Translations under genes and position numbers: made by a program | Source of the DNA: Octopus vulgaris | Lineage: Eukaryota | Assembly: GCA_951406725.2 (NCBI GenBank) | Contig: OX597823.1 | Coordinates: forward strand, 117,986,001 to 118,050,000 | Length of the DNA: 64,000 nucleotides | Direction: 5' to 3' | Shown here: positions 37,993 through 51,100 of the stretch, piece by piece | How the letters are laid out: each line of letters starts with the position of its first letter | Position numbering within the stretch: position 1 is the first letter of the stretch | Notes under the pieces: model-generated | Databases searched by the model: none | Seen by the model: only the letters and a program-made list of their open reading frames with translations | Told to the model about the DNA's origin: nothing

Positions 37993-40569
37993 TGATAACT
38001 GAATTTAGGAGGATTTTTATAGAAACATAATAGTATTGAAATATATTGTAAAAATATGGAAAAACTGTCTTTATGTTTAAATACTTATACAACGGAAATT
38101 TAACATATTTAAAAATTATTTATCTGGAATATTTAATCGTGTCTATAAAATTAAATTTTGCTTCAGCTATTCAGTGGATTCATCTCAGGGGAAGAATTAT
38201 TTCAATGTCAAAACTAAAACAAATTGCCAAATGGAGGTTTCTTTTAATCCTCAGTTTTTTTTTGTTTATGAATGATATTCAGACTTCAAAGAATTTAAAG
38301 ACAAAAATGTGACTATCCTAAACAAAATAAGCAGCTACATTATCTCTTTTAAGTTCTCTTAATTCTGTCTCATTTTCTGAGTCTCAGCAAAATTTTTACG
38401 ATGTTTTCATCCTCAAATGTCTCCATGTCAGTGTCTGCTTCACTATAAAACTTAAAATAAGTAGTTCCTCACCGGTTCACTGAAGTCATATAGCGATACA
38501 AGAAAATATATGAGAAGTTTTTCATTGCCTTCAAGAAGAGAATTTGAGCTTTGTGTGGTCAGCCTCTTCAATTATAAAGTTACTGCAGCAATTAATTCCT
38601 ATGATATAATTTACAGCTAAGTGGATGAAATCCTTGAAAGTTAAGTGCCTTTGTTGCTTATGCAATACAAACCCTCATCTTTTTGATGGTCCACTATCTT
38701 TTTCAACTTTGATAATTTGATATATGTTACATTGGCTAAATATATTATTTCTTACATGTCATCACTGAATACTATTTAATGCTTATTAAAAGCTGTTAAG
38801 AATTTCACATTATGTGATACTGTGCTTTATTATGACTTGTGATCATAGACTAAAGTTATATCAACTAGATAGCATGGTTCAAAATTTAGATTTGATTTTA
38901 TCCCTGTCAATAAATATTGTTGGAAAATACATTTCCCCTCCCATGAAATATATTCTTGAGAAAGATGGCATGTCTTATCTCCATCTACATCTTATGTGTT
39001 TATAGAAATAGGGATTAAGCTTATCAATAATTGAAAAATTAAAAAAATATATCCTAAAAATGATTTGGTTATTAAATTAAATTTAAGCAATCTTTGAAGT
39101 TGTATTCATTTTCCAATGCTTAAAATGGTTAAGCCCTTTCTCTCTAATTCTGGAGAAATTTATTGACTTCATAAAAATATGGGCCAACCAGTTTCTAAAA
39201 GAATGATTTTAAATGTGAGCTTACCCTAATGTCAATTTAGTTACAATGATGTGTGATGTTCTGATAAAACATTAATTGCAGCCACTGATTTAAAGGAAGA
39301 GTTTTGAGTCTGTGTTGTTGCTCTTTCACTTCACTTATTCTGCTAATGTACATGAATATAACACAGAAGTCAACAGAGCTGATTACTTTGTTAATAAATA
39401 TCATTATGAATAAGCAATTAAATAGATTTACTGTGAGAAAAATAAATAGCTTTATCCTTTGTTATGCCAAAAAATGATTAAAAGTTAACTCCCTTCCAAC
39501 ATTGTTCCCCAAAAAGATAAGAACATGAAGCCGGTCCTTCACAATATTTAATTCAATGTTTCCCTTTTTGAATTTCAAATCATACACGACTCATTTTTGT
39601 TTCATCCAATCAAGGTTGATACCAGTAATATATCGTATTGATTATATTCATTTCACCTTATAAAAATAAAGTCTGTTTTTTAAAAAAGAATAAAATATGG
39701 TGTGAATTCTTCTGTACTCATAAATCCATACACTTTTACACACATATATATGTATATGATATATCTTTGGAATGGGTTGTGAAACATATACTCCATAGCA
39801 GATGAAATGCTAATAATAAAGAGCAATTTGAGTTTTATTGTTCTATTCAATTTTGGAGGCTTTCTACATTTTGATATATGGGAATTTTGGTTGGCTTAAT
39901 GGATTTTCTTCACCTCTGCCACTCTGCTACCTACACTATTAAGTATGGTTTTATATAAAAGATTTGAAACAGTTGAGTAGAAGCTTTTTGCTTTACAATA
40001 GATGACATATTAATTAGTTGGTTTACAATATTAACTGTCAACTTAATTTCTGAGAAAGAGGAAGTCTTTGGGTTCTGGATTTTTGGATTAATGTGGTCCT
40101 TTTGAAATATGAAAATATGTTTAACATTTGAATATTTAGTACTACAGAAGACTAACTCAACAGCTAAGGCACTTCGGATATAACTAGATTCAAAGCTAAT
40201 TGTCTACTGGTTGCCTTACCATTTCCTTTATGAACAGCAGATTTATAATTCAGTATGTGAGCCAAAGTATTAGAATTATGGAGTAAAGAAGTCTTCAACT
40301 AAGCAACTTAATTAGATATTTGTTTAGTTATTTAGAACTACCGAAGTAAGCTGTTCTAATTCACAGAATCTATTTAGAGTTAGGTGAAATAAGTGCTTCG
40401 CTGCTGATGAGATCCAAATAATTGCTGCTTCAGATAGTAATCTAATACTCTATCTACTCAATAAACCATGAAAGACTGCTATTACATATGTAGGAATGCT
40501 TCTTCCATGTGTCATAAAAATTGATTCCAATATACAGATATGTTTGGATACATATGTATTTGTGGTATT

Positions 40570-40785
40570 GAGCTGGCAGAAGCATTAGCACGCCGGGCGA
40601 AATGCTTAGCAGTATTTCGTCTGCCACTACGTTCAAAGTTCAAATTCCGCTGAGGTCAACTTTGCTTTTCATCCTTTCGGGGTCAATTAAATAAGTACCA
40701 GTTACGCACTGGGGTCAATATAATCGATTTAATCTGTTTGTCCTCTCTCTGTTTAGCCTCTTGTGGGTAATAAAGAAATAGGTAT
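40570..40785 (+). mobile_element. tRNA-derived SINE, family A
   Basis: gagctggcagaagcattagcacgccgggcgaaatgc...gtaataaagaaataggtat. Confidence 0.75.
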
Positions 40786-40986
40786 TTGAGCATTTCATAT
40801 GAAATAGCACCCTTACACTGCTATTAGTGTAATGTTTGGGTTGTGGTATAAATGTATGTAACTGATATAATGTACTTCCATTGTTTTGATTGGTTGGAAC
40901 CTCTGCCACCCCAGATAGAGAAAGTGTTAAATATTTTTTGGTAAACAAAACTTCAGCATTTGTGTTTATGAGCACTTGTGCTACCA

Positions 40987-41375
40987 GGTGCAGGAGTGGC
41001 TGTGTGGTAAGTAGCTTGCTTACCAACCACATGGTTCTGGGTTCAGTCCCACTGCGTGGCACCTTGGGCAAGTGTCTTCTACTATAGCCTCGGGCTGACC
41101 AAAGCCTTGTGAGTGGATTTGGTAGACGGAAACTGAAAGAAGCCCGTTGTATATATGTATATGTATATATATGTGTTTGTGTGTCTGTGTTTTTCCCCCC
41201 AACATTGCTTGACAATCGATGCTGGTATGTTTACATCCCCGTAACTTAGCGGTTCGGCAAAAGAGGCTGATAGAATAAGTACTAGGCTTACAAAGACTGG
41301 GGTCAATTTGCTCGACTAAAGGTGGTACTCCAGCATGGCCGCAGTCAAATGACTGAAACAAATAAAAGAGTAAAG
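40987..41375 (+). mobile_element. tRNA-derived SINE, family B (CORE-like centre), near full length
   Basis: A-box tggctgtgtgg, B-box ggttcagtccc, accttgggcaagtgtctt, internal microsatellite, taaaagagtaaag tail. Confidence 0.8.
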
Positions 41376-41959
41376 AACATGTGTGAGTATGTTTGAACTG
41401 TGGATAGTATATGTGTATGCTAGTAACAGCAGTGGAAAACTGGTGGTTGTGGATCAATTTGATAAGTGTTTTCAGTGTGTATAAGTAACAACATGACCTA
41501 ATTGATTATAAATGTCACAAATTACTTTGATAGTTTCTCACTGTTGCCATTGATGATGTGCAACAGTGACAATGGTTTTGCTGACATCAACCAGTGAGTT
41601 ATGCTGTGTTTCTTAACCAAAGAGTGCCTGTCAGGTGATACCTCATTATCTGTTTATATAGTTGAAGTTAACAGGATGAGTCATGTTAGTAGGGCCAAGC
41701 TAGGTTGAGCTGCCACTCCTGATTGTTTGAAAATAGGTTTCTTGTTTCTTTGATAAAGTATATATAAATATTTAGATGACAAGTTGGTGAAAATACCGAG
41801 ATTTGCTATCAATGAATCAAGCGTTTGGAGTTTGAAACTTGGTTAGTTTTCCATAAAAACAGCTTGTAACTTGATGCCGATATCAGAATGGCTCCAAATA
41901 AATGACCAAATCTGATGTTATTCATAAAGAAGCTGTTAAAAGTTGCAAATCAGTTACCC

Positions 41960-42610
41960 ATCATCATCATTGTTTAACATCCGCTTTCCATGCTAGCATG
42001 GGTTGGACGGTTCGACTGGGGTCTGGGAAGACAGGAGGCTGCACCAGGCTCAGTCTGATCTGGCAGTGTTTCTACAGCTGGATGCCCTTCCTAACACCAA
42101 CCACTCCGTGAGTGTAGTGGGTGCTTTTTACATGCCACCAGCACAGGTGCCAGGGATGGCTGGCAGTGGCCACGATCAGTTGGTGCTTTTTATGTGCCAC
42201 CGAAACAGAGGCCAGTCGAGGCGGCACTGGCAACGGCCACGTTCGGATGGTTCTTTTACATGCCACTGGCACTGGTATCACAACTACAATTTCCATTGGT
42301 TTTTGATCGATTTCGATTTCGATTTCACTTGCTTCAACATGTCTTTGCAAACAGAGTTTTGCGTCCCAAGAAGGAAAGGTATGCATAAGTGGCCTGGCTA
42401 CATCCCAGGTAGAGGCCAAGGGTTATGGTCTCACTTGTCCTGCCGGGTCTTCTCATGCACAGCATACTTCCAAAGGTCTCGGTCACTAGTCATTGCCTTG
42501 GTGAGACCTAATGTTCGAAGGTCATGCTTCACTACCTCATCCCAGGTTTTCCTGGGTCTGCCTCTTCCACAGGTTCCCTCAACTGCTAGGGCGTGGCACT
42601 TTTTCACAAT
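41960..42610 (-). mobile_element. RTE-clade LINE 3' end including ORF C-terminus
   Basis: VKKCHALAVEGTCGRGRPRKTWDEVVKHDLRTLGL...DRDLWK (typical RTE end), then tandem units and (GAT)n tail. Confidence 0.85.
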
Positions 42611-42659
42611 GATAATCATACAAAAATTAAGAATGTGCAACAGGAGACCATTTTTAATT

Positions 42660-42873
42660 GGATGAAACTAGTGTTAAGACACTATCATGTAATATGCTGA
42701 GAAAACTACTGGTTGCTAAGAAAATGAGATGTAAATGAATTTCTTGTGAGAGATATTGTCTGCAAAGAGAGAATTATCAATGAGATCAGTACTCAGTTTA
42801 GCATGTATGTAAGTATCCATCAGGGTTTAGTCCTCGCTCTCTCATGTTTATTGTTCCCCAGGCTATAACTTGG
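42660..42873 (+). mobile_element. Old RTE-like RT remnant, 5' half of interrupted copy
   Basis: catcagggtttagtcctc...atgtttattgttccccaggctataact resembles HQGSVLSP.LFI...QAIT. Confidence 0.5.
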
Positions 42874-43456
42874 GGTACGACCTCTCCTGGAATTTGCATC
42901 ACCGGTCTGGAACCCCTATCTTGCCCAGGATATTGATCGTCTGGAAGCCGTTCAGTGTCGTGCAACTAAGAGAATACCCTCCATCAGGCATTTGCCATAT
43001 TCTGAATGCCTTACTTCCCTGGGCATGGATACATTGAAACTCCAACGTCTGGCAGCTGACTTGGCAGACACCCATAAAATTATTAACCATCTTACAAACA
43101 ATAACTCTGAGCACCTTTTCAAACTCCACCCATCTAACACCCGTAGACATATTTACAAAGTCAGAAAACAGCACAGCTCCCATGACTTTCGGAAACATTT
43201 TTTCATGCTGGGAGTTGCTGAATTATGGAACAAACTGCCAGCATCAGTTGTTAGTTGTTGGAGCACTGCATCCTTCAAAACTTCCATGCTTCCTGAGATT
43301 CGCCAACACTACACCTGATTTTTTCCCCTCCATACATGCGCAAGCATGTATCTGACTCATACACTGTTTACTTTCCAGACATTTGTACATTACTGCATAT
43401 ACTTTATACGCACTTTTGACAAGTTGTGGTGAACCTGAGCACTGTATACAATAATT

Positions 43457-43497
<41 letters not shown>
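42874..43497 (+). mobile_element. 5'-truncated CR1-type LINE
   Basis: Close match to 25339-25940 in opposite orientation; ends in (ATT)n. Confidence 0.9.
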
Positions 43498-43500
<3 letters not shown>

Positions 43501-45047
43501 TAGTTTTATTTTTATAGCGTCCTTTCACTTCACTACCGAGCGCAGCTCTGTGTGCCTTGGGTATGTGCTGTGATTTGTTGTGATGCTCTGATGGTTATTG
43601 TATGGAAAGTGTTCTGCATAGGATGTGTGCAGTGCCTAGTAGTGCAATTTTCTGTATGTTATATGTGTTTGTAAGTCCTGGTGTTTTTGTTATGTATTTG
43701 TCTGAATATTTTTTTATAATGCCTAATGCACCTACTATGATAGGAATTGTTTCTGTTTTTAGATTCCACATTCTGGTTACCTCTATTTCCAGGTCCTTGT
43801 ATTTTGAAAGTTTCTCCATTTCTTTTAGACACGTTGTCATCTTCTGGTATTGATTCATCAATTAGAAAGCTTTTTTTTCCTTCATGATCTCTGACAACTA
43901 TATCTGGTCTGTTGGCCTTAATTTCTTTATCTGTGTATCGGCATCTTGTTTTCTGTGACCTTTTCTGGTGTGTGCCTATACCATCTTTTTTCTGTTGTTA
44001 TTCCATAATGTTGGCATAGCTTCCAGTGTATGTTCGTCCCAACTCTGTCGTGTCTGTGAATATATTCCTTCTTAGCCAGGATTGGGCAGCCAGAGATAAT
44101 ATGATTTATTGTTTCTTGTCCATCTCCACATATTCTGCAGTTACTTGTTATATTTCTTTTCATTACATGTTTTTGGTAATTTCTGGTGGGGAGGCTTTAG
44201 TCTTGTGCTGCAATTAAAAATCCCTCTGTCTCTGCTTTGAGTCCTGAGCTTCTCAACCATTGCTGGGATTTTTCTTTGTCTATTTCTTTTGCGTTTAGTT
44301 TAGTGCAGTATTTACCATGAAGGGGCTTTTCTTGCCATCGTTTTATCATGGTTTGTTGCTGTTCTATTTTTAGTTTGGATTTCATTTGTTTTATAGCTTT
44401 TGTTGTTTCTTCATCTTCTTCTTCTTCATATTTATTAGGTGGTATGATTTCTTGTTTGTATTTGTCAGCTTCCTTAAATACTGAGAACAGTTTTTTGTTT
44501 TGCTTGTGTTTTGCCGCTATTTGTATCAGTTTTCCTTCCTTCTGAAGTAGATATTTTTGCAGTCCTATGGTGGTTATTTTATAGTAGTTTTCCAGCTGTA
44601 TAAGGCCACTACCACCTTCTATACATTGTATATATAGTCTTTCTATGTCAGATTTTGGGTGATGCATCCTAGATCATGTCATTATTTTTCTTGCTTTCCT
44701 ATCTATTTTGGTCAGTTCATTTAGTGTCCAGTTAAGAATATTGTAGCTGTAACATATAACTGGGACAGCTAAAGTGTTAATACCTATTATCTTGTTTTTA
44801 ACATTGAGCTCTGTTTTTAGTATTGATCTAACTCGTCTATAATATTCTTTTTTTATCTTCTCTTTCATTTGTGTGTGTTGTGTCTTATCTAGTTCATGGA
44901 TTCCTAAGTATTTGTAAGTTTGGCTTTGGTCTAGTTCTTTTATTTCATTGGTTTTATATAGTGTGATGTTGCTACTCTTAACTAGTTTCAGGGTTACTTT
45001 GGCGTATTTTTCTAATCCAAATTTCATATCTATTTCTTTGGTAAATC

Positions 45048-45050
<3 letters not shown>
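43498..45050 (-). mobile_element. R4/Dong-clade non-LTR retrotransposon, copy 1 (5'-truncated, defective)
   Basis: CRICGDGQETINHIISGC zinc knuckle, RHD, NRPDIV and KYKDL...IIVGALG restriction-like endonuclease motifs; (TAA)n on both sides. Confidence 0.9.
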
Positions 45051-45086
<36 letters not shown>

Positions 45087-45100
45087 CATTATTATTATCA

Positions 45101-45965
45101 TAATGGATGGTCATAAACTGTATCCTTATAGTAGAATATGTGGAAGATTTGGTGATTTAATTGGTGATATGGAAGCAAAACCTGGAATTTAAGGGCCTTA
45201 AAGTAAACTTAAACAAGACTAAATTTATGCTAAGAAAAGAAAACAAGAAAATATATATGCTTAATATGCATAAAAGATGTTGAAAGAAACTTCCTAAAGT
45301 GTGCCCAGAGTAAACAATGGATACACAGGAGGTGTAGTGAAACCACAGACTGGCTAATAGGAAAGGTAACTTTCGTATGTGCCAAATGTGCAGGAGCATT
45401 AAGCACAGAGTGCAGCTCAGAAGGCTCTCTAGAAATAGTCAGTAGTTTTTGTTAGCAGAGTAACCTAATTGGCAGCGGGTTTGAGGGTGCTGAAAGCATA
45501 GTAATGAGAGCACTAACGTGGTGGGAAATATTCAGGGAGTTACAACCTCTGTTGGTAACAAAGAGCCTTTCACTCAAAGTATAGGGCAGATTGTATGATG
45601 CTTGTATGTGAAATGTGGTGCTACATGGTAGTGAGAACTGGGCTTTGAATGCAAAAGATTTGTGAACATTAGACATAAATGAATGAAGAATGCTTCACTA
45701 AATGTGTAACGTTAGCATGCATGACTGACATGGTACAGATGAGCTGTGAGAAAAACTGTGTGTAAGAAGTATCAGATACAGCTTGCATATGCATGATGAC
45801 AGATGTATAGAAACATGGTGAGCGCTTGAAGTGGATGGTGCCTGTGCAAGAGGAAGACTTCAGAAAGACATGGGAGGAAGTGATGAAAACTGATCTCAGG
45901 ATGTTGAACCTCACAAGTAAGAAGTGACTACCACAATTGGTGACATGCTGTACTTGTGAAAAGCT
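45101..45965 (+). mobile_element. Old RTE-like remnant, 3' half of interrupted copy
   Basis: WKQNLEFKGLKVNLNKTKFM; later GRLYDAC...LHGSENWAL and RKTWEEVMKTDLRMLNL. Confidence 0.65.
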
Positions 45966-47090
45966 GCTCTTTGCGTCAAGTATGGCAGAGAGAATGCTAA
46001 CAAGGAGAGTGTTGATGGTTGGGATGCTTGTGCTGTATTCATCCAGTGCTCTCTCTCTCCACAGCCTCCCTGCTTAAGATACTCTCATAGCATTCATCTT
46101 CTGCTCTTCGCACACACCTCTATGTTACCCTCCTCTTCCCTCAGATCTCCTTTTCTCTGCTCTCATTGCTTTCACCAACTGCAACCTCCTGCCTCTCTTA
46201 CCCACTGCCTTCGCATCACAGCTTCAATGCCTGGGATACTTTCTCTCATTCATCCTCTGCTCTTCTAAAATAATAATAATAATAATGAAATTATTGTATA
46301 CAGTGCTCAGGTGCACCTCAACTTGTCAAAAGTACCTCTATGGTACTCTCCAGCCCTTTCTCTCACTACCCTTGCTGCATTCACCCACAGCTCCCCCCAC
46401 TCACTGTCTTCCTTTCCCCTCACAACTTCTCTGCCAACTGAACATCTCATCTCTCCCTTTTTAGTCTACCCCTACTGAATAAAATACTCTTTTGTACTAC
46501 TTGATTTACTATGTGGGTGAACATCATAAATCTCACACAGATATTTTAAGCATCTCAGCAGTAATACCTGATGAACCAGAGGCTTTCCCTGCCTTCTTAT
46601 CCTTAACTGCTTCATCCATCATAATGCTGTCAACTAAGATGGCTACTCTCTCATTGGGTGTACATGGGTTATACCTGCTTCCTCTCATGCATTCTTCTCA
46701 TTCAACAATCTCACATAATAGCACTTTCGTGCACTGGAGATATATTACCATTCTGTACATAATTTTCCCCTGTGAAGTCTCGATTTTCTCTCAGACACAC
46801 TGCCTAGGTATCTAGAATAACTTATGCCTCTGGTCATCATTGGTACACTTCTTGGTCTCTGGGCCTTTCTCCTTGTTAGATACACCTGATGTCTGGCTTC
46901 TCTTCTTGCAACAGGGTATGTATGTATATACATACATACACACGCAAGCATGGCTTGGAAGATAGACATATAGTCGGTTTAATATAAAGATAAACAACAG
47001 ATAAAAAAAAGACGTACATGCAGACACAATCATCCATGTAAGTACATATACAAATATAAAAGCAGCTGTGTGTGTGTTTGTGTGTATGTT

Positions 47091-47174
<84 letters not shown>

Positions 47175-47606
47175 CTGTTGTCTTTTTCCCTGAACTCACA
47201 ATATTTGCAGTCTTATTTTTATGTTGCCATGAAATGACTCACCATGACAACAGCTTTTCTAATTTCTATGATTATTATTATTATTATACCTTCTTGGTTT
47301 CTCTTCTTTCCTTCTTTTTCCCTTTCTTTGTATTTCTCTTTTCTTTCATATTTAAGGAAAAGAAAATCTGGTGTGTGTTTTGATAAGTGTAGGACCAAGA
47401 TAAAACTAATGACCAGTTTAGCTCATTAATTAATACCAACAGTCTCATTAACAGCAACCTGGGTATTTAAATTATTGCACCATATGCTTCAGATGCAGGA
47501 AATATCATGTAACACACAGTTAGGCTTCCATAAATCTCCACTGAGCATGATGGGTATCATCTTTTTTGTTTTTCACCAAATGAAATCTAAGTTGTTGTTA
47601 TTATCA

Positions 47607-48035
47607 GGGCAGTAAGCTGGCAGAATCATTAGCATAGTGGACAAAATACTTGGCAGCATTTTGTCTTTGCATTCTCAGTTCAAATTCTGCTGAGGTTAAC
47701 TTTGCCTTTCATCCTTTCGGGGTTGATAAAAAAAGTACCAGTCTAACTTTGGGGTCAATATAATAGACTAGCCCCTACACCAAAAGCTTCAGGCCTTGTG
47801 TCTATTGTAGAAAGGGTTATTATTATTAAGGTGGCAGCCTGGCATAATTGTTAGCAGGCCAGACAAAATGGTAAGTGATATTTCATTCCACTTTACATTC
47901 TCAGTTCAAATTCTGCCAAGGTTGACTTTGCCTTTCATCATTTCGGTGTCGACAAATTAAGTACCAGTAAAACACTGAGGTTGATGTAATCAGCTAGTCC
48001 CCTCCCACTTCAGGCCTTGTACCTACAGCAAAAGA
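47607..48035 (+). mobile_element. Two diverged SINE family A copies
   Basis: Each has ggcag..agctggcagaa-like head, gttcaaattctgc and actttgcctttcatc. Confidence 0.7.
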
Positions 48036-48065
<30 letters not shown>

Positions 48066-48068
<3 letters not shown>

Positions 48069-50357
48069 TAGTTTTATTTTTATAGCGTCCTTTCACTTCA
48101 CTACCGAGCGCAGCTCTGTGTGCCTTGGGTATGTGCTGTGATTTGTTGTGATGCTCTGATGGTTATTGTATGGAAAGTGTTCTGCATAGGATGTGTGCAG
48201 TGCCTAGTAGTGCAATTTTCTGTATGTTATATGTGTTTGTAAGTCCTGGTGTTTTTGTTATGTATTTGTCTGAATTTTTTTTATAATGCCTAATGCACCT
48301 ACTATGATAGGAATTGTTTCTGTTTTTAGATTCCACATTCTGGTTACCTCTATTTCCAGGTCTTTGTATTTTGAAAGTTTCTCCATTTCTTTTAGAGACA
48401 CGTTGTCATCTTCTGGTATTGATACGTCAATTAGAAAGTATTTTTTTCCTTCATGATCTCTGACAACTATATCTGGTCTGTTGGCCTTAATTTCTTTATC
48501 TATGTATCGGTATCTTGTTTTCTGTGACCTTTTCTGGTGTGTGCCTATACCATCTTTTTTCTGTTGTTATTCCATAATGTTGGCATAGCTTCCAGGGTAT
48601 GTTCGTCCCAACTCTGTCATGTCTGTGAATATATTCCTTCTTAGCCAGGATTGGACAGCTAGAGATAATATGATTTATTGTTTCTTGTCCATCTCCACAT
48701 ATTCTGCAGTTACTTGTTATATTTCTTTTCATTACATGTTTTTGGTAATTTCTGGTGGGGAGGCTTTAGTCTTGTGCTGCAATTAAAAAATCCCTCTGTC
48801 TCTGCTTTGAGTCCTGAGCTTCTCAACCATTATTGGGATTTTTCTTTGTCTATTTCTTTTGCATTTAGTTTAGTCCAGTATTTACCATGAAGGGGCTTTT
48901 CTTGCCATCGTTTTATCATGGTTCTTTGCTGTTCTAGTTTTAGTTTGGATTTCATTTGTTTTATAGCTTTTGTTGTTTCTTCATCTTCTTCTTCTTTTTC
49001 TTCATATTTATTAGGTGGTATGATTTCTTGTTTGTATTTGTCAGCTTCCTTAAATACTGAGAACAGTTTTTTGTTTTGCTTGTGTTTTGCCGCTATTTGT
49101 ATCAGTTTTCCTTCCTTCTGAAGTAGATATTTTTGCAGTCCTATGGTGGCTATTTTATAGTAGTTTTCCAGCTGTATAAGGCTGCTACCACCTTCTATAC
49201 ATTGTATATATAGTCTTTCTATGTCAGATTTTGGGTGATGCATCCTAGATCCTGTCATTATTTTTCTTGCTTTCCTATCTATTTTGGTCAGTTCATTTAG
49301 TGTCCAGTTAAGAATATTGTAGCTGTAACATATAACTGGGACAGCTAAAGTGTTAATACCTATTATCTTGTTTTTAGCATTGAGCTCTGTTTTTAGTATT
49401 GATCTAACTCGTCTATAATATTCTTTTTTTATCTTCTCTTTCATTTGTGTGTGTTGTGTCTTATCTAGTTCATGGATTCCTAAGTATTTGTAAGTTTGGC
49501 TTTGGTCTAATTCTTTTATTTTATTGGTTTTATCTAGTGTGATGTTGCTACTCTTAACTAGTTTCAGGGTTACTTTGGCGTATTTTTCTAATCCAAATTT
49601 CATATCTATTTCTTTGGTAAATCCATGAACTGTCTTTAATAGTGTTTCCAGCTGTTTATCATTTGCAGCGTATAGTTTTAGGTCATCCATTTATAAAAGG
49701 TGGCTGATCGTTTTGCTGTAACATTTATATCCGCATCCAGTTCTATTTAGCATATCAGACAGAGGTGACAGTGCCAAGCAGAAAAGGAGTGGAGAGAGCA
49801 TGTCTCCCTGGAAAATTCCTCTTCTAATGGGGATGGCTTTGGTTTTCATGAGTCCCTCTTTTGTTTGGAGCTGTAGCACTGTTTGCCATTTATTCATAGA
49901 GTGTCCTATGAATTGTTGGTGCTACTTTGTTAATGGCTAGTGTTTCGAAGATCCATGTGTGGAGGATGCTATCAAACGCCTTTTTGTAGTCGATCCAGGC
50001 CATACTGAGGCTTTTCTTCTTTCTGTAGCTGTCTTCAGTTATGGCTTTATTGATCATTAGTTGATCTTTACAGCCATATGAGCCTTTGCGGCATCCTTTC
50101 TGCTCTTCTGGAAACAGGTTGTTTTTGTCCAGGTGCTTGTTCAATCTCTGCGATATCACTGCAGTAAATGCCTTGTACATTGTAGGGAGACAGGTTATAG
50201 GTCTGTAGTTTTCAGGTTTTGCTGTCTCATTTGATTTGGGAATTAAGATGGTTTACCCCTTCGTGAGCCATTCTGGCATTGTCTCTGGCTCTGCTAGTAT
50301 GTTGTTAAAGTTTTCAGCCAGCTTTTTGTACATTCCTGTTAGATATTTCAACCAGAA

Positions 50358-50360
<3 letters not shown>
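48066..50360 (-). mobile_element. R4/Dong-clade non-LTR retrotransposon, copy 2 (5'-truncated, defective)
   Basis: RT motifs WIDYKKAFDS, RGIFQGDMLSPLLF, ISHLL*MDDLKLYA (Y of YMDD mutated to stop), plus zinc knuckle and RLE domain; (TAA)n on both sides. Confidence 0.92.
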
Positions 50361-50399
<39 letters not shown>

Positions 50400-50955
50400 G
50401 AGTGAGAGAGCAGTGCATGCCATCAAAGTGACACTGGGGTAAAATATACGAAGCCCAGTATACCCATCATGACTACCTGTCTGATAAGGGTACACCAGGC
50501 ACATGCATCACAACCAAATGTGTGCGACATGGTGATCTCATATCAAGATAAACAGCACATGACCTTGCAGGTGGGACCAAGTTACAATTTTCTTCTGGTC
50601 AAGTAGCCCATCCTGCTCAAAAGGTCCCTGCGTAAGGGTTGTTTAAGGATGTTGAATGAACCACCCACGTTTCCAAAGGTGAATTATCCAAACCTTTAAG
50701 AATTCCTTTCAACACACAGCTATGATCTCCTCCACTACTTCTGCTTGTGATCAGTGATGCACATATTGTCAGCTACTAAAGGATATGCTCAACTGGTTAA
50801 GGTCAAACAACTGACAAGCAAATCTGAGGTATTGAGCACAATATTTGCTGTAGCCCATCTTTTATACCAAGACAAAACAATGTACATGATAACACTTCCA
50901 ATCAGTTAAGATCAGAAGCCATGAGAGCCACTGTCTGGTACTGCATCAGGGCAAG
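50400..50955 (-). mobile_element. Unclassified ~550-bp non-coding (AAT)n-tailed repeat
   Basis: Second copy at 9551-10020; bounded by (ATT)n on both sides; no tRNA boxes or ORF recognised. Confidence 0.7.
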
Positions 50956-51049
50956 ATTATTATTATTATCATTATTATTATTATTATTATTTTTACTCTT
51001 TTACTTGTTTCAGTCATTTGACTGTGGCCATGCTGGAGCACTGCCTTTA

Positions 51050-51097
<48 letters not shown>

Positions 51098-51100
51098 TAT

